64,000 nucleotides of DNA from assembly GCA_963845245.1 (NCBI GenBank), contig CAWJRJ010000017.1:227291-291290 (forward strand). Direction: 5' to 3'. The notes beneath the pieces are model-generated. The model did no database searches. It was not told the DNA's origin and saw nothing but the letters and a program-made list of their open reading frames with translations. The stretch is from Nitrospirota bacterium (GTDB lineage Bacteria; Nitrospirota; JACRHJ01). Shown here piece by piece: positions 44,005-54,453 of the stretch (positions are counted from its first letter, which is position 1; each line of letters starts with the position of its first letter). The translations under genes and the position numbers were made by a program.

Positions 44005-44864
44005 GCACCAGGGTTGTTGTCGTTTCCGGGCTTTCTGGCTCAGGAAAGAGCCATGCCATAAAATGCCTTGAGGACATGGGTTTTTTCTGTGTAGACAACC
44101 TGCCGACTGAGCTTGTGCCAAAGTTTGTGGAACTATGTTCAGGCTCGGACAAGAAAATAGACCGGGTCGCTTTAGGTATAGACATCAGGGAAAGAGACCT
44201 TTTCGGCAGTTTCGACAAGCTTTACGGCGAACTCAATGCATCCGGCAACGGCTTGGAAGTGCTTTTCCTTGAAGCATCCGACGAGGTGCTGCTGAGGCGC
44301 TTTTCCGAAAGCCGCAGACCGCACCCCCTTGGCGTAAATAAGACGCCTCTTGCCGAAGCTATAAAGATGGAGCGCCGGTTGCTCGAAGGTATAAGAAAGA
44401 AGGCCGACAGGATAATCGATACATCCAGCCTGACAGTCCACCAGTTGAGGGACGAGCTTGCCAAGCATTACATGCCCAAGGCAGGCGGCAGGAAGATGAC
44501 TATCTCCGTCACATCGTTCGGTTTCAAGTATGGTGTACCATATGACGCCGATCTGGTTTTCGATGTGAGGTTCCTCCCTAACCCGAACTTCGTGCCTTCG
44601 CTGAAAGAACTCACCGGGAGACATAAACCGGTGCAGGAGTACATAAGGAAGAAAGGGATGACGTCGGCATTTCTGAGGAAGCTGATGCCGCTCCTGGATT
44701 TCCTCGTCCCGCTTTACGTGGATGAAGGCAAGACATATCTGACTATAGCGGTCGGTTGCACCGGTGGCAGGCACCGCTCGGTAGCGATAGCTGAGTTCAT
44801 CAGGGATAAGATGAAGGACAAAGGGCTTGACGTGCTGATTCGGCACAGAGACATGGAAAGATAA
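44001..44864 (+). CDS. rapZ: RNase adapter RapZ/YvcJ
   Basis: GLSGSGKS, SFGFKYG, GCTGGRHRS. Confidence 0.95.
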   Translation: MSTRVVVVSGLSGSGKSHAIKCLEDMGFFCVDNLPTELVPKFVELCSGSDKKIDRVALGIDIRERDLFGSFDKLYGELNASGNGLEVLFLEASDEVLLRRFSESRRPHPLGVNKTPLAEAIKMERRLLEGIRKKADRIIDTSSLTVHQLRDELAKHYMPKAGGRKMTISVTSFGFKYGVPYDADLVFDVRFLPNPNFVPSLKELTGRHKPVQEYIRKKGMTSAFLRKLMPLLDFLVPLYVDEGKTYLTIAVGCTGGRHRSVAIAEFIRDKMKDKGLDVLIRHRDMER

Positions 44865-44887
44865 TTTTAGCGAGTCTGAAAGGAGAA

Positions 44888-45304
44888 ATGATGGTCGGAC
44901 TTGTGATAGTCTGCCACGGCAACCTTGGAGCAGAACTTATAAGCGTTGCCGAAGTCATAGTCGGGAAGATAGAGGGCGCAGAGCCGGTCTCGATCGGTTC
45001 GGTCTTTGATGTCGATTCTGCAAGGGAGGAAGTCGGTGCTGCCATTAAGAAGGTTCACGGGCCTGAAGGCGTGCTTATCCTCACGGATATGTTCGGCGGG
45101 ACCCCGTCCAACCTGTCGCTTTCGTTCCTGGATGAAGAAAAAAATATCGAGGTCATTACAGGCGTTAACCTGCCAATGGTAGTGAAGTTTGCAAACCACA
45201 GGAAGGACAAAAGCCTTAAAGAACTGGTAACCGTTGTCAGGGAAGGCGGCATGAAAAGCATAATAACTGCATCGGATATGTTGCATCAGAAGGTGAAAAA
45301 ATAG
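44888..45304 (+). CDS. PTS mannose-family EIIA
   Basis: VCHG, TDMFGGTPSN, GVNLPM. Confidence 0.92.
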   Translation: MMVGLVIVCHGNLGAELISVAEVIVGKIEGAEPVSIGSVFDVDSAREEVGAAIKKVHGPEGVLILTDMFGGTPSNLSLSFLDEEKNIEVITGVNLPMVVKFANHRKDKSLKELVTVVREGGMKSIITASDMLHQKVKK

Positions 45305-45335
45305 TGACGGGATATACTGCCAGAGGGGGGGCACG

Positions 45336-45605
45336 TTGGTAGAAAAAGCGCTTAAAATACAGAACAGGCTGGGGCTTCATGCAAGGGCAGCCGCACTTTT
45401 CGTGCAGACTGCAAACAAGTATTCCTCCCACGTCACTATCGAGAAGGACGGCGTGGAGGTAAACGGCAAAAGCATAATGGGCATCATGATGCTGGCTGCC
45501 GCCAAAGGCTGCGACGTGTTCATAAGGGCTACGGGCTCTGATGAGGCCGAGGCTGCCGATACTATTGCGAAGCTTATCGCCGACAAGTTCCATGAGGAGG
45601 CTTAG
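45336..45605 (+). CDS. ptsH: Phosphocarrier HPr
   Basis: GLHARAA (His15) and GKSIMG (Ser46). Confidence 0.95.
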   Translation: MVEKALKIQNRLGLHARAAALFVQTANKYSSHVTIEKDGVEVNGKSIMGIMMLAAAKGCDVFIRATGSDEAEAADTIAKLIADKFHEEA

Positions 45606-45614
45606 GCTTAATTA

Positions 45615-47382
45615 ATGAAGGTATACCAGGGCATAGGCGTCTCTCTCGGTGTCGCGATAGGCAAAGTCTATTTAGTAGACAGGAACCGCATATCCGTTTC
45701 AAGGAACAGTATCACTGAAAGTGAGATACCGGGGGAGATAGCCAGGTTCAAAAGGGCGGTAGCCACCTCCAAGGACCAGCTTGGGAGATATCCGCAAGAA
45801 GCTTTCCACTGATATAGGGGAAGAACACGGTTATATCCTTGACAGCCACCTGATGATCCTCGACGACAAGATGCTGATAAACGGCACGATCGAGATAGTA
45901 AAGGGCCAGCTGGTAAACTCTGAATACGCCCTGAAGGAAGTCATCAACCGCTTCATGAGCATTTTTAACAGCATGGGCGACGCATACCTCAGGGAGAGGA
46001 AAGTGGATATCGAGCACGTCGGGGAGCGCATACTCAGAAACCTCTCCGGTACGGCGTTGGACTCGTTTACTGATATTCCTGATGATGCCATAGTGGTCGC
46101 GCACGACCTGGCGCCATCCGATACGTTCCAGATGCGTAAGGACCATGTGATGGCCTTCGTCACCGATATAGGCAGCAGTACGTCGCACACGGCCATCATG
46201 GCCCGTTCGCTTGAACTTCCCGCTGTGGTTGGTCTTGAGACCATCAGCAGGGACGTCAGAAACGGTGATGCCGTCATCGTGGACGGAAACCAGGGAGTCG
46301 TGGTAATAAACCCGGACCAGGATACATTCCTGGAGTATCTGGAGAGACAGAGAAAGTACAAATACTTCGAGAGGGAGCTTATAAAGATAAGCAAGCTCCC
46401 GGCAGTTACGCTCGACGGGCACGAGGTCCAGCTTGAGGCGAACGTTGAGATACCGGAGGACATGGATGTAATTCTCGACCACGGCGCCAAGGGCATCGGC
46501 CTCTTCAGGACGGAGTTCCTGTTTTTAAACCGCCACGAGATGCCTACCGAGGAGGACCATTTCCTGGCCTGCAAGAAGATTGCTGAAAAGATGGACCCGT
46601 TGAAGGTGATTGTGAGGACTTTTGACCTTGGCGGGGACAAGATACCGGTGCCGGTGCCCATAAAGGACGAGGTCAACCCTGCTCTGGGTCTTCGGGCCAT
46701 ACGCTTTTCTCTGATGAAGACAGAGATATTCAAGGAGCAGGTGAGGGGGATATTGCGGGCGAGCGTTTACGGCAACCTTAAATTGATGTTCCCGATGATT
46801 TCGGGTGTGTCTGAGATAAGGAAGGCAAAGGCCCTGGTCCGCGAGGCAATGGAAGAGTTGAGAAGCAAAAAACTGCCGTTCAACGAGGACATAGAGATCG
46901 GTGTGATGGTGGAGATACCTTCCGCGGCTATTACTGCCGACCTGCTGGCAAAGGAGTCGGATTTTTTCAGCGTGGGCACGAACGACCTCATCCAGTACTC
47001 GCTTGCGATAGACAGGACCAATGAACATGTGGCATACTTGTATGAACCGCTCCACCCGGCCGTGTTCAGGTTCCTCAAGATGACGGTGGACGCGGGACAC
47101 CGGCAGGGCATACCGGTGGCGATGTGCGGTGAGATGGCGGGCGAGTCGATCTATGCGCTGGTACTGATAGGACTCGGGTTCGACGAGCTTTCCATGAACC
47201 CGTTTTCAATACCGAGGATGAAGAAGATTATAAGACAGTCGACGCTGAAGGAGGCTATGTTGCTGGCCGAAAAAGTGACGGCTGATTTTTCGACTGCGGA
47301 AGAGGCGAGGGGGTACGTTGTTGACTATATGGCCAAACGTTTTCCCGATGACATCAGTCCGGACGGAAGGCTCTTATATTGA
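45615..47382 (+). CDS. ptsI: PTS enzyme I; frameshift near 45783
   Basis: TSHTAIMAR, GLFRTEF, GTNDLIQY, MCGEMA. Confidence 0.95.
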
Positions 47383-47390
47383 GGTAAACT

Positions 47391-48056
47391 ATGAGGATAC
47401 TTGTTGTAGAAGACGAACTTAAGGTGGCCAGCTTTATCAAGAAGGGTCTCCAGGAGGAGGCCTACGCCGTAGACGTGGCAAATGACGGGGCAGAGGGTCT
47501 CTCCCTGATAGAGATGAACGTCTATGACGCCGTGATCCTGGACCTCATGCTGCCCAAGAGGAACGGCATAGAGGTGATGCAGGAGATACGGTCAAGGAAG
47601 CTCAACGTACCTGTCATAATGCTTACCGCCAGAGACACTCTTGCGGACAAGGTTATGGGGCTTGACGCCGGAGCGGACGACTACCTTACGAAGCCGTTCG
47701 CTTTCCAGGAACTGCTAGCGAGGCTGCGGTCGTTACTTCGGCGCGGAAAGGCCGAGATAACCATGCTGAAGGCCGGAGACCTGACGCTTGACCCCGCGAC
47801 GAGGAGGGTAAAACGCGGCGAAGTGGAGTTGAGTTTGACGGCGAAAGAGTTCTCCCTGCTGGAATACATGATGCGGAATGTGAACAAGCCGCTTTCAAGG
47901 ACCACACTTTCAGAGCATGTATGGGATATAAACTTCGACAGGATGACGAACGTTGTGGATGTCTATATAAACTTCCTCAGGAACAAGGTGGACAAAGACT
48001 TTGACAAAAAGCTTATCCACACCGTAAGGGGTGTCGGGTACGTCCTCAAGGGATGA
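47391..48056 (+). CDS. OmpR-family response regulator (CusR/CzcR-like)
   Basis: [24 protein letters not shown]. Confidence 0.92.
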   Translation: MRILVVEDELKVASFIKKGLQEEAYAVDVANDGAEGLSLIEMNVYDAVILDLMLPKRNGIEVMQEIRSRKLNVPVIMLTARDTLADKVMGLDAGADDYLTKPFAFQELLARLRSLLRRGKAEITMLKAGDLTLDPATRRVKRGEVELSLTAKEFSLLEYMMRNVNKPLSRTTLSEHVWDINFDRMTNVVDVYINFLRNKVDKDFDKKLIHTVRGVGYVLKG

Positions 48057-48642
48057 AATACAGCAACACCATAAAGGTAAGGTTATCCTACAGGTATACG
48101 GTGCTGAGCCTGCTGTTCTTCATCATTGCGCTCGGTATTTTCAGCATCGTGCGGCCTTTAAGCTCCATCCTTGCGTTCCTCATCGCAGCCTTTTTTTTCG
48201 CAGTCCCGATTTTTTTGTCGGCTTATATCTCGGTCGCCCAGGAACTATGGGTGTTCAAAGAGCTTGCCAGGGGCAGCAGGACGTCCGGGGACGGGTGGAC
48301 TGACCTGACCGAAGGGATGATGGTCCCTGATGAAGTCGATGAGGTGCGTGAGGTGATGAACAACCTCAAGACTGGCAAGGAAGAAGCCATAATGTCCCAG
48401 AGGCGGTTCCTTGCAGACGCCTCACATGAGATGCGCTCGCCGATTACAATCATGAAAGGGAATATCGAGATAGCGCTCCGGCGCGACCGCGACCTTGAGG
48501 AATACAGGCGTATACTCGAAAGCAACCTCGAGGAGATAGACCGGCTTGAGTACCTTCTGAAAGACCTGATGTTCCTGGCCCGGACCGACGCGAACGAGCT
48601 TCTTATGAACATGGGCGAAGTGAAACTCGACGAAGTGCTCAA
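48053..48642 (+). pseudogene. Sensor histidine kinase N-terminal half (2 TM plus HisKA), lacking HATPase, joined in frame to uvrB
   Basis: [15 protein letters not shown]-box; sequence turns into UvrB right after VKLDEVL. Confidence 0.8.
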
Positions 48643-50558
48643 GGACAAGCACCAGGTACTCCTTGGCGTGACCGGCTCCGGCAAGACCTTCACCGTCGCG
48701 AACGTCATCGCGAACGTAAACAAGCCCACGCTCATCATCTCCCACAACAAGACCCTCGCCGCACAGCTATACTCCGAGTTCAAGATGTTCTTCCCCGAGA
48801 ACGCGGTCGAGTACTTCGTCAGCTACTACGACTACTACCAGCCCGAGGCGTACCTGCCGACGACGGACACGTACATCGAGAAGGACTCGTCCATAAACGA
48901 CGAGATAGACCGGATGCGCCACTCGGCGACGTACGCGCTGTTCGAGCGAAGCGACGTGATCATTGTCGCGTCCGTCTCCTGCATATACGGCCTCGGCTCG
49001 CCTGAGGCATACCACGGGATGCTCCTGTACATACAGGAGGGCGACACCATCGAGCGCGACGAGATACTGGCGAAGCTGGTGGAGATACAGTACGAGCGAA
49101 ACGACATAGACTTCCACCGCGGCACCTTCCGCGCGCGCGGCGACGTGATAGAGATATTCCCGTCGTACTCCGAGGAGCGCGCCATCAGGATATCGATGTT
49201 CGGGGACGAGGTGGAGTCGATACAGGAGATAGACCCGCTGAAGGGCGAGGTGACCGGGCAGGCTGGGGAAGGTCGCGGTCTACCCGAAGAGCCACTACGT
49301 CGTGCCGAAGAGCCACATGGACCGCGCGATGCGCGACATATCCATAGAGCTTGAGGAGCGCGTGCGCTACTTCCAGATGAACAACCGGCTGATAGAGGCG
49401 CAGAGGATAGAGCAGCGGACGAACTTCGACGTCGAGATGATAAAGGAGGTCGGCTACTGCCAGGGGATCGAGAACTACTCGCGCCACCTGACCGGCAGGA
49501 AGCCGGGCGACCCGCCGCCGACCCTCATGGACTACTTCCCCAAGGACAGCCTGGTGATAATAGACGAGTCGCACGTCACCGTCCCGCAGATAGGCGGGAT
49601 GTACAACGGCGACCGCTCAAGGAAGATGTCGCTGGTCGAGTACGGCTTCAGGCTCCCGTCCGCGCTTGACAACAGGCCGCTGAACTTCGACGAGTTCGAG
49701 GGCAAGGTGCCCCAGACGATATACGTATCGGCGACGCCCGCAAATTATGAACTCGACAAGACGGGCGGCACGATAATCGAGCAGGTGATACGCCCGACCG
49801 GGCTTATCGACCCGGTGGTCACCATCAGGCCGGTGCGCGGGCAGGTGGACGACCTGCTGGACGAGATAAGAGCGCGCGCGGAGAAGGGCGAGCGGGTGCT
49901 CGTGACCACGCTTACAAAGCGGATGTCGGAGGACCTCACGACTTATTACGAGGAGCTTGGCGTCAAGGTGCGCTACCTCCACTCGGACATAGAGACGCTT
50001 GAGCGGGTGGAGATAATACGGGACCTGAGGCTCGGGAGGTTCGACGTGCTGGTCGGGATAAACCTCCTGCGCGAAGGCCTGGACATCCCTGAGGTGTCAC
50101 TCGTCGCGATACTGGACGCGGACAAGGAGGGCTTCCTGCGCTCGGAGCGCTCGCTCATCCAGACCGCGGGCCGCGCGGCCAGGAACGTGAACGGCGAGGT
50201 CATACTCTACGCGGACAAGATAACGGGCTCGATGCAGAGGATGATGGATGAGACGGGCCGCCGCCGGAAGGTCCAGCTTGAGTACAACCGCGAGCACGGG
50301 ATCACGCCGGAGTCGATAAAGAAGAACATCGGCGACGTGCTGCATTCGGTATACGAGCAGGACTACTTCACCGTGCCGATCGATACCGGGCCTGGGGCCG
50401 GGGATATACCGCTTGACGAGATACCGCGCATCATCAAGGGCCTTCAGAAGGACATGAAAGAAGCCTCCCGGCTGCTTGAATACGAGAAGGCGGCCGAGAT
50501 ACGCGACCGCATAAAAGAACTCAAGGAGATGGAGCTGACTCTTGGCGTGAAGGTATGA
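48643..50558 (+). CDS. uvrB: Excinuclease ABC subunit B, missing its own N-terminus; frameshift near 49260
   Basis: [40 protein letters not shown]-terminal UVR domain. Confidence 0.95.
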
Positions 50559-50568
50559 CCGCTTCGTT

Positions 50569-50595
50569 CGTCATTCCCGCGAAAGCGGGAATCCA
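50569..50595 (+). repeat. REP/dRS3-like palindrome, left copy
   Basis: cgtcattcccgcgaaagcgggaatcca (ATTCCC-N8-GGGAAT core). Confidence 0.9.
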
Positions 50596-50637
50596 GGAAT
50601 TTTCAATGTCTATACGCATGGTATCAGGGAAGGGTTT

Positions 50638-51375
50638 TTGATGAAATCTAAATCCATTTGTTTGGGTATTTTGCTGTTTTTGCTTTTAATCGGCACAACA
50701 TGTGTAGCTCGTGCTGAAGAGCCGGAATTGGTAAAGGATGGGGAAGATGAAAAAATATTTAAGGTCGTCGTTAACCCTAAAATTAAACCTTTATTGATTC
50801 ATTTATTATATAGACCTTCTATAGATTATAATAATGCTGTTAAAACGGTATGGCAGGTCAAAATATATCTTGAGGGCGGAAAGAAACCGCTCCAGGTTAT
50901 TTCAACTGGTGCGTCAGTAGAGCGGCCGTATAAAGGCGCCAGGTTTTTCTGGGTTGAGGATATGAACTTTGATGGGTACCAGGATTTCGGGCTTTTGACC
51001 GCATGGGGTGCCACGGGCAATGAACAGTATAAATTTTGGCTCTTCGATCCTAAAACCAAGCGATTTATTTATAATGATGATTTAAGCGGTCTTATTAGTC
51101 CCTCTGCTGATAAGGATAAAAAGTTAATAACATCGTGGCAAAATATGGGAAGTGCCGCGCGCGCTTATATCCTTGAATTGTACCGGTGGAACGGAGACAA
51201 ACTCGAACTTATACGGGAAGTGGACCAAGAATTGGTTCAAGAGGACACTAAAGGCGCCACTTTTCATAAGGTAGTAAGCGAGCCGAAAGACGGAAAATTA
51301 GTTGTAGTCAGTGATAGAATACTTACGGATAAAGAGGAGTTTGAGGAATATCTTAAGGAACGCCAAAAACAATAA
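50638..51375 (+). CDS. AT-rich exported protein with DxNxDGxxD motif (resembles XAC2610-related proteins)
   Basis: Signal peptide; EDMNFDGYQDF, GATGN, WLFDPKTKRF; visibly lower GC than uvrB. Confidence 0.6.
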   Translation: MMKSKSICLGILLFLLLIGTTCVARAEEPELVKDGEDEKIFKVVVNPKIKPLLIHLLYRPSIDYNNAVKTVWQVKIYLEGGKKPLQVISTGASVERPYKGARFFWVEDMNFDGYQDFGLLTAWGATGNEQYKFWLFDPKTKRFIYNDDLSGLISPSADKDKKLITSWQNMGSAARAYILELYRWNGDKLELIREVDQELVQEDTKGATFHKVVSEPKDGKLVVVSDRILTDKEEFEEYLKERQKQ

Positions 51376-51385
51376 CTAAAGTCGT

Positions 51386-51412
51386 TGGATTCCCGCGTTC
51401 GCGGGAATGACG
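51386..51412 (-). repeat. REP/dRS3-like palindrome, right copy (inverted)
   Basis: Reverse complement cgtcattcccgcgaacgcgggaatcca has 1 mismatch in 27 nt versus the left copy. Confidence 0.9.
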
Positions 51413-51496
51413 GACTTAGAGCCGAGATACGCGACCGCATAAAAGAGCTGAAGGAGTTGGAACTGGCATTGGGCGTGAAGGTCTGAGAAGGTTCCT

Positions 51497-53297
51497 TTAT
51501 TTCGAAATTATCTCCACAATCTCACCTATCGCCCATTTTACCCTCTCCCAGGTTATTACTCCTTTCACGTCCTCAGGGGCCAGGTCTCCTATCTTGTCAG
51601 ATACCAGCGCCAGCTCTGCAGCCTCCGCCCGCATTGTCTCGTTGATTTCCAGTACCAGCTCATCCTGCGCAACGATAATATATTTTTTTTCGGCGATCTC
51701 GCTGACATAGGAGTCGCCTCCCAACGGGCCTACCGCCTGCAACGCATGCATTCGGTTTAGGACACCCGCGACCTTACCCTTCTCCTCGACGATGTACCAT
51801 GATGTCTTTCTGTCGTTCAGGGTCATAAGCGCGAACTCCTTTAGTTTCATATCGGAAGAGACGCTCTTTAGTTTGATGTTCATTACGTCGCGCGCCTTTC
51901 TGAGCTGCGTGAAATCCACCTTAAGCGCCTCAGGCACGTGGTGACCGCGCCTCACCAGCTTCTCGGTGTAGATACTTTCCCGCATCAGCAATTTCCTCAT
52001 GCCGTAGCTGATGATAACCGTTATGACCATAGGTACCATGACGGTGTAGTCGAGCGTCATCTCGAATATCATAATAATCGCCATAATGGACGCCCCGGTG
52101 ACGCCGCCGACCATGCCCGCCATCCCGGCTACGGCAAAGGCAGTAGGGGTTATCACAAGTCCTGGGAAAGCTTGTTTCAATAATAATCCCGTAAGCACAT
52201 CCGATGGTTGCCCCGAGGAAGAGGGAAGGCGAGAATATGCCGCCGGAACCGCCGGAGCCGAGGGTCAGCGAAGTGGCGATGAGCTTCAGCGCGAAGAGCA
52301 GCAGCAGGACTCCGAGGCTTTGTGAAACGCCCTCAAGGATGTCCTGGATAGTCGCGTAGCCTACGCCCTCGATGTAATAATGTCCGTAATGGGCCTGGAC
52401 GATATACATCATAACGCCGACTAATAGCATGCCAAGCATATGGCGCAGGTAATAGCTCTTTTTTATGAACTTGTCGAAAAAGTCTTCAGTCCAATATACG
52501 GATTTGATGAACAATACCGACGCGACTCCGAGGATTAACCCCAGTATGGCATAGAGGAGCATCTGTGCAGGACTTTCCAGGTTGAAGTAATTGTTCTGGA
52601 GAGCCGGGATAATGAAAGACGGGTGCGTGCCGAAGAAATACTGCCCGATATAGGTTGCGGTCACGGTCGAAACGACGACAGGCACGAGCGTCCGTACGCT
52701 GACCTCCTGCATCAGAAGTTCCACCGCGAAAAGTATACCGCCGAGAGGCGTATTGAATGTTGCCGCAATGCCTCCAGCACCGCCGGAAGCAATCAGGGTT
52801 ACCGTCTGCCATGAAGGCAACTTCAGTATCTGTCCGAGTGTGGAGCCAAAGGATGCGCCTATCTGGACTATGGGGCCCTCGCGGCCCACGGAGCCTCCGG
52901 TGCCGATTGACAATGCGGAGGCAAGCGACTTTATCAGGGCTACGACAGGCCGGATTTTGCCTTTGTTGTAATAGGTGGCGTCTATCACTTCAGGCACGCC
53001 GTGTCCTTTTGCTTCCGGGGCGAAATGTACCACCAGAAACGAGACGCCCAATGCGCCGATTACCGGGACCAGGATTATATATGGTCCCCAGTGGCCGGTC
53101 AGGGTATGTACGTTGGCGTCGTAAAAGGTTGAAAATGAACCCAGGAAGAAGAAATTATGGAAAAGGCCTATCAGGCCGCGAAAGACGACAGCGCCAAGTC
53201 CGGCTATTATCCCGACCAGGATTGATAATAAGACGAAGAAAAGTGGGCCAAACTCCCGTTGCCCTGTTGATTCGTTTTTAAGTCCTGTTAAGGTCAT
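51497..53297 (-). CDS. CLC chloride channel/antiporter with CBS domains; frameshift near 52170
   Basis: GHGVPEV, GREGP, GIFSP; CBS-like C-terminus in ORF 51497..52198. Confidence 0.9.
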
Positions 53298-53974
53298 TCA
53301 GTATCAGTCCGCTTTAAGGCCACAACAACCTCCGACGCTATCCCAAACGAATGGACTACAGAGTGATAATTTAGCTGCCACATGTTTTCTTCCAGATATT
53401 CTTTAAGCTGCAACGGGCGGCATCCGCCGACGGTTGCCGGGTTTTTCGATAAAAAAATATCGCCACGCCTTGGTAATGGCGCGGGAAAAAAGGGTACGGC
53501 CATATGTAAGGCTTATCAGGCAGAGACTGCCGCCCGGTTTTAAAATACGCCATGCTTCGCTTAGCGCCTGGCTTATTTCCTGTCCGGGGGCAGCAGGTCC
53601 ATCACATAGTTGGCGACAAAACAATCGAAAGACCCTCCCGGGTATCCAAACTCCAGCGAGCCGTCGGTGAGCAATACCTTTGCCCTGTCACCGAAGCGCT
53701 CAAGCCTTTTGCCCGCAAGTCCAACCATCGTTTGGCTCAGGTCTACTCCTGTGTATGAAGCGGATTCGGAGAGCTGGTTTTTTAGAAGTTCGAGCGCAAA
53801 CGCACCGGTACCGCAGCCGAGTTCAAAAACTGAGCTGGCAGAACCAAATCGCCCGTTGCGTAGAAGTTCCGAGATAGCCGGGCCTTCGTATATGCGTTGC
53901 CAGTCCTGTTTGGAGCCGAACTTATTATAGAATGAGCGTACCTCTTCTTTGCTCAGGCACCTATCCAACATCAT
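53294..53974 (-). CDS. Class I SAM-dependent methyltransferase; two frameshifts
   Basis: VFELGCGTG, GVDLS, FDCFVANY, RILKPGG. Confidence 0.85.
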
Positions 53975-53995
53975 TCACCTGTTTGGTTGATGTAG

Positions 53996-54256
53996 TTATT
54001 TGCTTGTAAACCAACCGTATAGCAGGTTGTAAAGCCACGCGAATATCGCTCCGCCGCCCAGCCCATCGAAGAACCCCCAAACCAGACCGATTATGCTGCC
54101 AAGAGGGCTGATATTATAACCTCGGTACAGGTGGCCTATAAACGTTGGGTCTCCTGTCGCGCCGTCAAGTGCTATTATCCACCATGTGAGAAGGAAAAGC
54201 CCTATACCCCACCATAACCCGCATGTGAGCGCAAACGCCTTAACATTCAGCTTCAT
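53996..54256 (-). CDS. Small two-TM membrane protein (holin-like family possible)
   Basis: MKLNVKAFALTCGL...Y.GY..S..GSIIGLVWGFFDG...FAWLYN. Confidence 0.65.
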   Translation of the reverse strand: MKLNVKAFALTCGLWWGIGLFLLTWWIIALDGATGDPTFIGHLYRGYNISPLGSIIGLVWGFFDGLGGGAIFAWLYNLLYGWFTSK

Positions 54257-54453
54257 CGAGATCACTTCCTTTATAATAACCCCTGACCAGTTCCATAGTA
54301 ATGGGTTTATATCGATTATTTATTATAAATATAACACAAATACAGGTAGCGGGCGGTTCCGTATCCGGGCGTTTATCTTTGAAACGTGAAAAAGAAAAAT
54401 TTCAAGGAATTTCACTATTTAATTAATTCAATAAATGTATTATAATTCGCTTT

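Larger units (their letters stand above)
50493..51486. mobile_element. Integrase-less insertion at the uvrB 3' end with a 66-bp imperfect direct repeat
   Basis: 50493-50558 versus 51421-51486: 57/66 identical by eye, first 26 nt identical; both encode [19 protein letters not shown]. Confidence 0.8.

Noticed and set aside
53996..54256. Holin-like gene as evidence for a prophage
   Set aside because: No endolysin, integrase or structural phage genes nearby
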